Assembly: GCF_006345805.1 (NCBI RefSeq)
Contig: NC_043009.1
Coordinates: 68,014,001 to 68,078,000, forward strand
Length of the DNA: 64,000 nucleotides
Direction: 5' to 3'
Source of the DNA: Octopus sinensis
Lineage: Eukaryota
The notes under the pieces are model-generated. The model searched no databases and was not told where the DNA came from. It saw only the letters and a list, made by a program, of their open reading frames with translations. Position numbers and translations under genes: made by a program. Positions within the stretch are counted from its first letter, which is position 1. Each line of letters opens with the position of its first letter. Of this stretch, positions 1-13,559 are shown one piece after another.

Positions 1-991
1 CAAAGAGATTGAACCCGGAGTTACGTGAATGCGAAATGTTTGGTTAACAGTTGCTTCAACATACACCCATATTTACGTCCAAGTAACGACCAGATAGCGA
101 GGAAAACATTACAAGTCAAACAGTGAGTCTGCTGACCATCGTTTTCCCAATGTTAATATGTAAACGGAACAAGAATTGTAATTGCAGAGAGCAGCTGAAA
201 ACATGAAGACAATGAAGTTTAGAGGAGAATATCAATGGAGAATGGAAGACATGGTGTGTGAGGTCTTTAATGTGATAAATACCAAAGTCCATAGGAATTC
301 ACAACCTTGTCAGAGACTTCTCGCATTCTACAAATTGCCATTTCTGCATTTTTATCGACACGTAAATCTTTACTCCCTGTAAAGTACATCTGGTTCTTAC
401 GTCAATGACATTTTGACAAACGTTTCTATGAATTTATCAGATATCTCATTTGTAACCCAATTTACTTCAAGGGAACCCAGTTTAGTCATTTCCTCTCCTT
501 GTAAGTAATTTCCTTTACCTGACATAGGTAAGCCATACAATAAGCTTGATATTATGCTTTGAGTAATGATGCAACAGGCAACAGCGAGCTAGAAATATTT
601 ACCGTTTCCTGTAGCGCTAACCATTCTTTCACCGCAGCACAACATCTGGCAATCATCATTTGTCAAGTTAGTTAATATTTTGATTCAAAACGTCAGAAAT
701 TATATTACTTCGTTGAAACGTTTTGACAAACATCAATCGCCGCACATATGCAGAATATTCCTGTTGCTTTTAAGTTAAACTTAGTTACTTAGTTTTAGAA
801 GATTCAAAGTAAAGCAGATTGCGTTTCGTAGCCGAGAAATCTGTTCTTTGATTTGATAGAGGTTGGTGTTTAATATAAATGAATCACGGTGGATTACATC
901 AGTTGTAAGCATGTGCTGTCTATCAAAGATTGAAAATTTAAATTGATAATATGTTGCGTCATTCACAAACGCGTGGAATATATGTATATAT

Positions 992-1162
992 AGGTACAAG
1001 CGTGGCTGCGTGTCAAGAAGTTTGTTTCACAACCACATGGTTCCGGGTTCAGTCTTACTGCGTGCTATATTGGGCAAAATTCTTCTACTGTATTTTTGGG
1101 CTGACCTAAGACTTCTGAGTGGATTTGGTAGACGGAAACTGAAATAAACTTGTGTGTGTGTG

Positions 1163-1193
<31 letters not shown>

Positions 1194-1450
1194 TGTGTGT
1201 GTTGTGTGCGTGTGTGTGTGTGCGTGTTTGTGTGTGTGTGTTTGTCCCCCGCCACCGTTCGACAACCGGTATTGGTTTATTTACGCTGCCAAAACTTAGT
1301 GGTTTGGAGAAAAAGACCGATGAAATAAGTACTATTTTAAAGGGCGAAAAAAAAAGAAATTCTGTGATCGATTCATTCGACAAAAGAATTCAAGGTGGTG
1401 CTCGAGTATGGTCGCAATCTAATGTGTGAAGCCAGTAAACGATAAAAAAA
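992..1450 (+). mobile_element. tRNA-headed SINE family B with internal (TG)n
   Basis: CGTGGCT...CCAACCACATGGTTCCGGGTTCAGTC-type head, GGTAGACGGAAACTGAA, internal microsatellite, 3' half with AAGGTGGTGCTC. Confidence 0.85.
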
Positions 1451-2317
1451 TGTTACTATAGTAACAACAGCTACAACTACTACAACAAAAATCTTACCGA
1501 AAACCCATTGAGAAGCAGAAAGCTTATAACTGAATGGAGGAATGAATATGAAAGCAAGTCGACGTGGTTTAATTAAAGATCCGCCCCTGACGGAGCATAC
1601 AAATGATCCAAACTGCTCTAGCCATGACCATCTCGTTATCTAGTGCACGAGAACGAAATTGTTAAGTTGGATCGATATTTCACGGTGTCATCGATTCGTT
1701 ACATAGGTTTGATTGGTGAGAGTTCACTGGGTCTGCTATGAAGATAAATAGCACGGCAGCAGTGACAACATCAGCATGAACCAAAGACGGAATCTCTATA
1801 CTGTTGCTCAACCGAGTAGAAATAACAGCCAAGTCTTTCTCAAAGCACATTCGACAGTCTTTAAAAAGTTCTTGATAAAGTAGTCTTCCACATATTATGT
1901 CTGAAAGCTGAAGCAAATGAGAGAATGAGAGAATGAGAGAATGTGAGAATGAGAGATTGTAGGTAGCTTTAAAATATTTCATAGAATGTCATTATGGTTG
2001 ATCATTCGCTACTTGGTTTGAGAGGATAAGATTAACTACAACAGCAATAACAACAGCAGCAGAAGCATTGAAATAAAGAACCTATTACTGCATCATACAG
2101 TTTAACAAAAAAGCAGACACGCAATAGAGCGCCCTGCTAGAAATAACAACCAAATTTCATGTTTTAAAAAAGTTTTCCAAAAAAAAAAAGAAAAGTACTG
2201 GACACGTTGAAAAGCTTAATCCTGGATAATCCTAATACGACCGTAAGATGAAAACCGGGACACATTTTATCATATCTGCTCAACCGAGATAGACTTTTGA
2301 CTTATTCCCATCTAGCA

Positions 2318-2510
2318 TAGGCACAAGGCCAGCAATGTTGGGCGAGTCATTTACGTCGACCCGCAGTGCTCAACTGGTATTTGTTTTATCGACCCCGGAA
2401 GAACGAAAGGCAAAGTCAACCTCGGTGGCATTTGAACTCAGAACATAAAGACGGATGAAATGCCGCTAAGTAGTTTTTCCGGCATGCTAACGATTCTACC
2501 AGTTCGCCAC
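2318..2510 (-). mobile_element. SINE family A, single short-form copy
   Basis: Reverse complement of family A head, core and GGCCTTGTGCC tail. Confidence 0.8.
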
Positions 2511-3034
2511 TTTAGATTGTTTTTGACTAAACGATAAGAACAATATAACAACAACAATAACAACAACAAAAACGACAACAACAACAACAACAACACTTCT
2601 TAATGATTTCGGTTTGCCTCCCCCACTATAGGCAAATTTACAAAATCTGCCGTAGGAGTGTATTTCTTTACACCTGGAACAAATGATTTAGCAACTCTTT
2701 AAAAGCTATTTCGTTACATAGCAGTAATAAATATATCAACTGTACAGAGCAGCTCTCTCTTAATTGTGTTATCAGAGAGATATATATACGTCATTAGTAT
2801 GTTTCAGGCGAATTCTCCGCATTATAGAATAGCCAGTATGCGTTTAAAGGTTACTTAATGACGAGGCGTTGTAAATAAAAAAGAATACGTACAAGATAAG
2901 TAAAAAGAAAAAGAAAAAGAAAAAAAAACAAAGATCAAAGAGCAATGTTGATAATTTCTTTATTTTCATCATCACTGGAAGCGATAAAAAGTAAAGTCAG
3001 CACCTCTAGGAAGGAGACCGTGAGAGGTGAAGTA

Positions 3035-4295
3035 TTGGATTGTTCCGAAAATATTGGCCGATTTCAGAAACAATTTTATTCTGGTAAAATTAACATAAGA
3101 AATGTTTTGATTAATCAAAGTACGAACCGTGAACATCTCTGGCATCAATCAACGAGATTATTTATGTCTCGTTAAAACCTTATTGGCTTTGATGCTAAGA
3201 AATCTTTGAAAGCTGATTCCACCTCTGGTTTGGAACGTTTTATCACTTAAAAACGTGTTTAAATACTTAGCAAATGGTAGTCAGAGGGTGAAAGATCAGG
3301 AGAATATGGGGCATGTGGTAAAGTCTCGTATCCCAAGTCTGTGAGTTTCTGCAGCGTCATTCTTGCAACATGTGGCTTCGCATTATCGTGGAGCAGAATT
3401 GGGTCACGCCGATTCACCTATGCAGGTCGCATTGTTTTTTTTTGGCAAATGAGCATGCATTTCTGCGAGTTGATTGCAGTAAATCTCTGCTGTAATGCTG
3501 TGATTGGCTTCCAGAAAGTTGTAATGGACAACACCTATTGCAGACCACCAAACAGTCACCATTATCTTTTACTTTGGCTTTGGGAAATGTTTGGGGGACT
3601 CATCACAATCAAGCCATTGACCTGATCGTTTACAGTTATCATAAAGGATCCACTTTTCGTCACAAGTGACTTTCGGTCAAGAAAATGACCATTGGTGTTT
3701 CACAGAAAGAGCATCGAGCACACTTTAAAACGCCGAAATGTTTGATTTTCATCGAGCTCATGCGGTACCCATTTATTGAGCTTTTCACCTTATGAATCTT
3801 CTGCAGATTGCGTGAGAGTGTTGCAATACCGACTCCAAGTACCTGAGATATTTCTCTGACATTTCGACGTGGGTTTTTTTCAACAATTGCTTTCAATTAT
3901 TCATTGTCAAGACAGCATGACCGTCCTCTACATTCTTCATCTTCAATGTTCTCATTACTGCTACAAAATTTCTGAAACCACGTTCGTACTGTGAGATTAC
4001 TTGTGGACCCTTCTCCCCATGCCCTGTTGATATTGACAGCAGTTTGGGAGGCATTGTGACCAAATTTGAACGCATGCAAGAAAAGTAAGTGAAGGTCATT
4101 TTTTGTCATGTTCATAATTAAGGGCGCTTATGCTTCAAGAATGTTTTCTGTCTGAAATAAGTAGAAAATTATTAAAGAACATACATCAATTTTTAAGTAT
4201 GTCGAAATTCACCTAAAATATAATTAAAATACTATTATAAAATTGCGTTTCGAAACACAACACTTAGAGCGGCCATTATTTTCGGAACAATTTAA
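3035..4295 (-). mobile_element. Full-length decayed mariner (DD34D) DNA transposon
   Basis: 26 bp TIRs TTGGATTGTTCCGAAAATATTGGCCG / reverse-complement TTAAATTGTTCCGAAAATAATGGCCG with TA TSDs (3033-3034, 4296-4297). Frameshifted transposase with N-terminal HTH (ORFs 3897..4115, 3660..3896), [27 protein letters not shown]; 34 residues between D2 and D3. Confidence 0.95.
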
Positions 4296-4356
4296 TAGCT
4301 CTGTCTGTCTGATTCTCTCCCTATCTAACTCTCTTTCCCGCGTTCTCTGGGCCTCA

Positions 4357-4406
<50 letters not shown>

Positions 4407-5899
4407 ATATATATATTACAAATATGCATATATGTATTTATTAGCATGTATATATGTATGATGTATACATACCTTAACACTCTTGGTACTAGAGGAGAAA
4501 ACAGTATGTTACCATGTTCTATTAAGATAAAGAAAAAATTCTGAAAAAAACTTTGTGAAAAAGCATGAAAAAAAAAGAACAAAAGAAAAATAATAAAAGA
4601 CGCATAGTAAATAAACTAAGTAAGTCTTAAATAGGAAACCTGATCTTTTTTGAAAACAGATAAGAGCCGTAAATACGTTCGTGATAATAAGCAAGCGATG
4701 GCGTAATGTTTACCACATATGTTCCGATGATTTATGAATGACCATGCTAAGAAAGCGATATTTCACACGTCTTTGAAGCAGAAACGAAGCAAAATATTCT
4801 AAATTACAAACAAAACAAACAAAACGAAAAATGTGAAAATTGCTTAAACATTTATTTCAAAAGATAAAACGAATAAGAAAAAAGCCAAATCTTAAACATT
4901 TTGATAGCTTTGATTGATGTAAGTTGTTTGAAATGAACCACCATGTTGTCTTTATTTATCAGCCATTTTTTTTTTAATGTTACGTATTAATTACGGTCTA
5001 AATGCAAGCTAGACGAGCAGAGAAATAAAAACGAGATGAATGGCAAGTCTAAAGTGAATTGACACAGGCTTTCTTTTGTCAAGAACGTGGCTGAAGCAAA
5101 TTTAAAGACCAAGTGTTCGGATGCAGAAAACTGACAGCCGTAGGTTCAGCACTAATTACAAATGTTTGAAGATGCGTGACTGCAGACGATTGGGTTCGAT
5201 CTGATTATGTACTTATTTTGTCGGCCTCTGATAAAATATTTGTGGCAGATATAATTAGATTTCTTGAATAACGAATAAACCATTTATCAACAATTCAAGA
5301 AGGGAAACAATAAAAGACCGTTGATGCATCTCCTTATACATTTATAGACTTTCGTGAGTTTGTTTCTTCGCTGTCTGTGGCTTTGCTTACATTTAAATCT
5401 ATCATAACAATACATATACCGTAATTGAATACATTGCGCGACGGCTTTCGGTGCTGAATGGTTGAATAAACTCATGATTTATAATTCTAATAAATGGTAG
5501 AAAGAAAGAGAGACAGAGACAGAGACAGACAGAGAAAGATAGGATTTGTCACATAGACTTTTAATAAGTGCATTGTATAAAAACAAAGAATTAGGCTACA
5601 AGTTTCTTCTAATAAGGGTTTCCGTTTTTAAAACTAGTGAAGATATGTTTGCAAATTAAAGAGGATCAAGCGATCCCTTAGAAGCTTCATGTTTGTGTTC
5701 CCGTTCGGATGAACCTTGTCTAATTCCACTCAATCTTCACGCAGAGAACACAAGGGTAGGAATTCAACATAGCCAGACAGCTACTCGACAAAGCGTAAGA
5801 TGAAATACTTGTCAGGCAGAGAAGCTTGGTGGTCCCATCACCACCATCCCGTATTGTTGTTGACTATGTATGCATGCATGTATGTGTGTGATTATATAT

Positions 5900-5985
<86 letters not shown>

Positions 5986-5994
5986 CTGTGTAGT

Positions 5995-6190
5995 TGTGTT
6001 TGTGTTAGTCCCTCACCAACGCGCTTGTCAACCGATGTGGATCAGCTTCCGTCGCCGTAACCTAGCGATGTGGCAAAGGAGACTGCTAGAATAAGTACTA
6101 GACCTGGAGTTAATTTGTTCGACTAAGTCCTCTAAGGTGGTGCTCCAGCATGGCCGCAGTCCATTGACTGAAACAAGTAACAGATAACAG
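5995..6190 (+). mobile_element. SINE family B 3' half
   Basis: GTGGTGCTCCAGCATGGCCGCAGTC...TGACTGAAACAAGTAA. Confidence 0.8.
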
Positions 6191-6802
6191 GAAAAAAATC
6201 AGTCTGTATTACTTGAGTTCCCTTCACGCAGTTTCGTTTTACGCTGAAGTATCGCTAAATATGGCAGCGTGGCTAACTGCTGCTTTAGTTATTGAATGGT
6301 ACCTTTTGTGACACGCTCCCCAGCGGCAGCAACTTGGTCTGGTCAACTACCAGCCCAGGTTCCGCTGCTTGTCAGGCTGTGAGAAAAAAAAACTGTCAGG
6401 GTATCGGACGCTCTCCATCAGATTTATGGTCGAGCTTATGGTAGGTGAGACATCCAGCTTTCTTGGCAACCCGGACCATATCCCTGCTCACCGCAATCAG
6501 GATGGAGACGGCTGTCCACAAGTGTCAGCACCGTGAGTCAGAGTGGCTGTTCCAGTCCGTTTCCCTTGCCTTTCTCCGAGTAAAGTCATTTCCAATCTGA
6601 CTTACAACAAATTGCACGTGCCACTCCTTATATACTTAGAGCCATGTAATAATCTATTAGCTTAACAAATGCATAAAGTAGACATTCATTCAACACTACG
6701 TATATAAGTGTAGAGTTAAGATCGTTGCCGTTGAACATTTTCCTCATCGAATCATCCCGTGCAATGTAACTGCCAGGAACCATGTAACAATTTTACTTTC
6801 CC

Positions 6803-7612
6803 TTAATTCATTAGCATTTAAAATGGCGGCCAGATCTGCCCCAAAATGTTCAACCATTTTTATACTCAGACTGACCAGATCTGGTCTCAAACTCCTACGT
6901 TACAATGTCATTCAAAACATAGCCAATCACTATTTTCTTTAGGTTGTTTCTACCAATATTCTATAGAACTGAAAGCCAGCACCAATTATTTTGCTACAAC
7001 GAAGACAAAAGTGATCGAAGACAAAAGTGGGCAATGAGTGTAAATGCCATATTTCTGAGGTTGTTGTCCCTTCACCAACACCCCATCTAACCCATTCTTG
7101 CCTCCGAAAACAAAGGGCTAAACATAGAGGGGACAAACAAAGACATACAAAGGGACTAAGTCGATTATATCGACCCCAATGCGTAACTGGTATTTATTTA
7201 ATCGATCCCGAAATGATGAAGGGCAAAGCCGACCTCGGTGTTAAGTTATTGGACGTACAACCGCTGAATTATGGCATATACACTCGTTACCTATTTTTGT
7301 TTTCGATCTCATCGAAACGTTATAGCAAAAATCAGTGCTGGCTCTTGTTTCTTTATAATATCTGTAGAAATATGCTCGAACAAATAATGTAAAAAGCACT
7401 GCTAACACAGTAGGACGTGGTGTTGACTTATATAAACATTCAATATACTTTATTGTATATTATGGTTGCATAACGAAATACCATATGCCTACAAAACATT
7501 GCTAATAAACAAGCACATCATCGAAATTCCAAAGCTACAAAATAATACATGATTAATTGAAAACTGAATAAACCAGCTTTGCATTTGGGTAATAAGAATG
7601 TTAAAGGGTTAA
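6803..7612 (+). mobile_element. Split copy of the same piggyBac-like MITE (6803-6945 and 7490-7612) interrupted by other DNA including a SINE
   Basis: Both pieces align by eye to the reverse complement of 60995-61214; right end AAAGGGTTAA. Confidence 0.5.
7111..7240 (-). mobile_element. SINE family A, long-form 3' fragment
   Basis: Reverse complement of the long tail and core. Confidence 0.75.
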
Positions 7613-7740
7613 TCCGCAGCTTAGATTTATTCTCAACAACCTCAATGTGAACTGAAGCGATTCGATCTTTTTGTGATTAGTCTCATTTATAGAGACGCAT
7701 TTCTCAAATCCTCGGCCTTTACATATCATAATGTATCATC

Positions 7741-7902
7741 TGCGACGGACCGGCGTCCCGTGCGCGAAATTTTTTCCCACTTAAGTTTCGGAACCCAGTA
7801 ATGAACTCATTTGCATACAGCCAATCCGAGTTCATCTTGACCTTGTCAAATTAACAAACCACTCTACCAAGTAAAAGCAAGACGAAGAACAGTGTTGTAA
7901 GT
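7741..7902 (+). promoter_or_regulatory. Candidate promoter/enhancer with possible short non-coding first exon
   Basis: CpG-rich patch 7741-7769 with E2F-like GCGCGAAA (7762-7769), TTCCCAC (7774-7780), octamer ATTTGCAT (7809-7816), CCAAT (7821-7825), inverted ATGAACTC/GAGTTCAT (7801-7808/7828-7835), TGACCTTG (7838-7845), then GTAAGT donor at 7897-7902. Confidence 0.4.
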
Positions 7903-8330
7903 CGACCGATCGCCGAGTTATGTCTGGTTTTAGAAGGAGACAAGTAATTAGATAGATTTGCATCTATACCTATTATCGGGTTTTGTTAGGGTCCCATATG
8001 GAAAAGATGTGGATGGGAAAAATGTGGGTAGAGGGTGATGTGCTAGCAACCCGCTTCCCTTACTGTTTTAGATGTCCTTCTGGGGATATAAACAACAATA
8101 ACTTTGCCCCCTATGAAAACCCCCACTCCCGCCGTCACATTTTGGTGGTAAATATACTTCACGATAATTATCTTCATTTAATTTAGTTAGATTTTTACAG
8201 CCTCTAACTTTACTGGAACGGTTCTTTCTCCATCAGTCTACCAGTTTTTCGACTGATATTTTTATTCACCAATCTATTCTTATATCTACAATCTCTCCTA
8301 ATCCAGCGCCTCCTTTATCGCACGTACACA

Positions 8331-8414
8331 CACACACGCAAGCACTCCCACACACACGCAAGCACTCCCACACACACGCAAGCACTCCCACACACACGCA
8401 AGCACTCCCACACA
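8331..8414. repeat. 20 bp minisatellite, four perfect copies
   Basis: (CACACACGCAAGCACTCCCA)x4 + CACA. Confidence 0.95.
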
Positions 8415-8581
8415 GAGCCACACGCATATCAGCATCTATTCAATATGATCTCTCCTTGAGGCTTGGTCGACGGTCAATGTTCTGAGAAAAATATAGCAGA
8501 TGTATGTTTACTTTGATGTATTTTAGTATTATCTTTGTGCCGATCCGTTTCGGCTCTATGTATGATTATATGATATGATAA

Positions 8582-8639
<58 letters not shown>

Positions 8640-8813
8640 TAATATATATATATATACATACATACATACATGCATATATATACATACATATATATGTATG
8701 TTGTTTATATATATGTGTATGTTATATATATATATATATATAAAAAATTAGTATACATTTAACCACAATAGAGGCGGCCCTTCACAGGCAGCTTTAAATG
8801 CTGGAAATAGCAG

Positions 8814-8866
<53 letters not shown>

Positions 8867-9031
8867 ACACACACATATTAAAAGATTTAGATATAGGTAT
8901 TACACACACTTAGATGTTCAACTGCCACACCGCAAAGTTACGGCGATGGAAGCTGACCCTCTCGGTTGACAAGCACGTTGGTGACGGACAAACACAAACA
9001 CAACTATACAGATATATACACACTATATATA

Positions 9032-9344
9032 GTGAAGGCACCATGGCCCAGTGGTTAGGGCAGTGAACTCGCGATCGCAGATCGCAGTTTCGATTCCCAA
9101 CGTAGTTTTGTTGTGAGTGTTTATTGAGCAAAAACAACTAAAAAGCTCCACGAGGCTCCGGCAGGGGATGGTGGCTATCCCTGCTGTACTCTTTCGCCAC
9201 AACTTTCTCTCTCTCTCTCTCTCTCTTTCTTCTGTTGGCCTGCTCGCTTAGCCAGCGGGGTGGCGTCATTTGAAGGCTGAAACATTGCGAAGCGCATTGT
9301 GGCCAGCGATGTATAGCAACATCGGATAGCCTGGTCGATCACGG

Positions 9345-9347
<3 letters not shown>
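9032..9347 (+). mobile_element. SINE with family C head and a different 3' tail
   Basis: First ~200 bp match 15758-15950; the tail is unrelated. Confidence 0.8.
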
Positions 9348-9387
<40 letters not shown>

Positions 9388-9508
9388 GTAAAATACTTTT
9401 TTCTAATCCTGAGCGTTATACTAATTACATCTGTTTGTTTTGTACATCACTTGTCTTCTTTTGTTTTTTTTCGTAAATTCCCTACCTAATATATATATAT
9501 TATATATA

Positions 9509-9565
<57 letters not shown>

Positions 9566-9618
9566 TGAATCTGATATATATATATATATATACACACATA
9601 TATATATATATACATACA

Positions 9619-9693
<75 letters not shown>

Positions 9694-9838
9694 ATATATA
9701 TATAAAGACTTGTTTTATTTATATTTCCTGAGCGCCATACTAATACAATTGTTCGTTTGTTTTCCACCTGCCTTCGTCTTTTGTTTATTTTCATAAAGCT
9801 TCCCGTTATATATATATATATATATAATATATATATAT

Positions 9839-10984
9839 ATGTTAATAAAATAGAACATATGCATATATATAAACATATATGTACGTACCTACCTCTACAT
9901 GTACATATACACGCATATATGTGTACAGGACACCAAAAAGACGTCGAACACATAGACACAACCAAGGAACAAAACAAGACAAGCAAAAAAAAGGAGAGAT
10001 ACAGGACAATAAGCACAACGAAAAATCCCCTTCTTCAGTCGCTAAGATTTCATCTACTAAACGTTTCGAAGGATAAAAGCGAGACGTATACTTCGAAGAA
10101 AAATTCCTTCCCGCGAAAAGCAAATCAATTAAAATTCTGAGATCTTTTCGCAGAGGGGTAAAAAAAAAAAAGCAAGACGGTAACGACAGTACAAACATAT
10201 AAACAGTAAAAAATATATATATAAACAGTGGAAAAATAAATATATAACAGTGAGAGACAGGACAAGGAGAACAAGATAAGAAGGGCTGTTAACGCCAGAC
10301 GAAAAAAGTATTGCAAACGCTGGATTATCGTGGAAGACGAGAGAGGGAAAATTTGTCGACAGAAGCCTTACAAGGGGCGAGAAAGGACAGGATAGCAGTT
10401 ACGACGGAAGTATCGTCGCAGATGGATGACGGGAATGGGGGAGGAGGAGCAAGAGGAAGAGAGAGAAGAAGGGGAATGGTGCGAGGAGACCATGAAGAAT
10501 GGTGAAAGGGAGAGAGAGAATGAAGAATGAGAGAGAGAGGAAGAGACAAGTTAAGTGAGGAAAAAAAGACGAAAAAGAGAATGGGAGAGAAAGAAAGAAA
10601 GATGCAGAGTCGCGTGAGAGTTAATATCAAGGCTAACTTGATAAACAGAACAATCTTACTTAATAGGGTGCGTGCGTTTTTAGTCGTATAATATGTTAAT
10701 AAAATAGAACATATGCATATATATAAACATATATGTACGTACCTACCTCTACATGTACATATACACGCATATATGTGTACAGGACACCAAAAAGACGTCG
10801 AACACATAGACACCAAACCAAGGAACAAGACAGCACAAAAAAAAGGAGAGATACAGGACAATAAGCACAAGAAAAAATCCCCTTCTTCAGTCGCTAAGAT
10901 TTCATCTACTAAACGTTTCGAAGGATAAAAGCGAGAGACGTATACTTCGAAGAAAAATTCCTTCCCGCGAAAAGCAAATCAATT
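9839..10984. repeat. Composite element: two ~292 bp direct repeats (9839-10130, 10693-10984) around a 562 bp purine-rich spacer, in (TA)n
   Basis: Near-identical direct repeats visible in the sequence and in ORF-track duplicates (9879 vs 10713). Confidence 0.85.
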
Positions 10985-11075
<91 letters not shown>

Positions 11076-11692
11076 ATAATATATGTGTGTATATATATAT
11101 ATCAGATTCAAATAAGTTTTTCATTTTCTATAAAAATAATGATAAAGTGGCCATTAATCATAATTCGAAAATGCAAAATATAACAAAAAAAAAAGTCATG
11201 GTATAATATATCCATAAGTTCTTACAAAGGATTTATTTCTTGTGAGCTATTTTGACTTTATCAAAGAAATTAGCGAGTACAAAATCATTCCTCATTCATT
11301 TTTAATCGATTAATATTTAAATTCAGTCTAAATCTTAGCTTATCAGATATCTTTACGTTTGCGTTTATATTGTCCAATGACTTATGTGTTTTAGCTCACG
11401 AACGAATTCGCCATTACTGTTTGCCGGAACCGGATCTGGACTGTCGCCTAAAATCGCTTCTTTCAATCGTTTGTTTCATTTCGATATTTTCCATATTCTT
11501 CATATTCACTTTCGACGAAGCTTCAAATATTGGATCTGATTGTTAATTAGCTCTCCTTTTGCAAATTGGTCGGTTTGTGTGGTATTGAAGATATGTTTTA
11601 TTCTTTTATATGTATATATATGTGTGTGCGCATGTATGTGTGCATGTGGTCACCTATGCATGTGTGTGCTCGTGTATATAGATATATGTCTG

Positions 11693-11789
<97 letters not shown>

Positions 11790-11858
11790 GTCTATCTATA
11801 TATCTATCTATCTGTCTATCTATATATCTATCTATCTGTCTATCTATCTATCAATCTT

Positions 11859-11934
<76 letters not shown>

Positions 11935-13184
11935 CGCACACAAAGACATTTATACATAAGACGTATATACATGCAAAACGTAATATTGACTTCGCCTTCA
12001 GACGGAAGCAATTACAGTCAGACATTTCGCAAAGAAACAGAATAAATATCGGTTATATACTGTGAAGTTCTCGTGACCTGTACGTGAATGCGCGCGCACG
12101 TATGTGTGTACGTGTGTTTGTTTGTTTGTGTGTGTGTGTTGGCTTGTTTCTACAATTGTGTATGTGTTTCCTACTCTTCTTTCTCAGTTCTTATAATTTT
12201 CTCCCGTCTGTATTTGTTCTGTAGCACCGCGTTTAATAAGAAAAGTAAAAATACAGCAGACAGACCTGTATGGCGCACGATACCTAAAGCAAATCTCGTT
12301 ATACGCCAATCGTAGGTAGACACACAGACATACAGACATATACATCAGAATACAACGCTAAACACGTTAAATCTCATTTCAATAAGTTCTGCTTAGAAAT
12401 TCTTATTAAAAGGTAACAAAACGAAAGGAAAAATAAAACGTTGGTACAGAGAAAGAGTAACAAAGGAAAAACAATGGAAACCAACATTAGCAATATTTAC
12501 ATTATTTCTTTTACGACGGCAAATCTATTTGGAGATATTGTACAGCCATAATATTAATTTCAGTTAATTCTAAGATGATGTCACCACATTTCCTGTCAAA
12601 GTCGTGAATCAGAGAATGAACTCCTCGGGTTTTTCATTCTATAATAAAACAATAGAGTAATTAGTGTTCTTGAAGCCCGAACTGTTATTAATTTATCTTG
12701 TAACATCCGTCTAAATATATATAAAGATAAGTGTATAAAATAAGGAAAAAAGAACTCGAAGCGTTTCATAGAAATTATATTTAGTTGTACAATAGGTAGA
12801 TTCAGCATTACGTAAATTTAAAGTTACACAGGAGTGAAAAGATCAGAATCATGTTTGGTAATTCAGATGCGTTGTTTTGAGTCGTAATATTTTTTGACTC
12901 TCCTTTCTGAGGCAACCTAGTGCGGTATCAATATGTAGGTCTACTTACATATTCTGAGGTTTAGAGTAAAAACAAAAAAAAAAAAAAAATGAACTAAATT
13001 CTTTGACAGTGCAACATTGCATTAATAGCCAATGGAGCTTTCTGAACCGAGCGATGCCTCGTGTTTTTGAGCAAAATCAAGAATCTAGCGACAGACTGGG
13101 GTTCCGTTCAGGGTGGCGAAATATATACAGCACAGAATCTAGGATACCGGTCTTATGAACCTAACATACAGGAAGGACGACATA

Positions 13185-13230
<46 letters not shown>

Positions 13231-13274
13231 AATGAATAAATAAATATATATATTGTCACCATATTTTATGTAGG

Positions 13275-13318
<44 letters not shown>

Positions 13319-13358
13319 CTATATATATAATATATATATATATATTATATATATATAT

Positions 13359-13424
<66 letters not shown>

Positions 13425-13559
13425 CGATAGATGTGTGTGTGCGTGCATGTACGCCTGTATACAGTATGCGTCCGTGTAAGCTAGACATAAAAACACTGAA
13501 CAAAGAAACTATTAAACGCTGACAATCGAGTTTAAAATAGATGAAGGTTGAACAGTAAG

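Noticed and set aside
10020-10075. Hammerhead in the 292 bp direct repeat (minus GAAACGTT...CTGAAGAAGG)
   Set aside because: Order and pairing do not give a canonical stem II or stem I.
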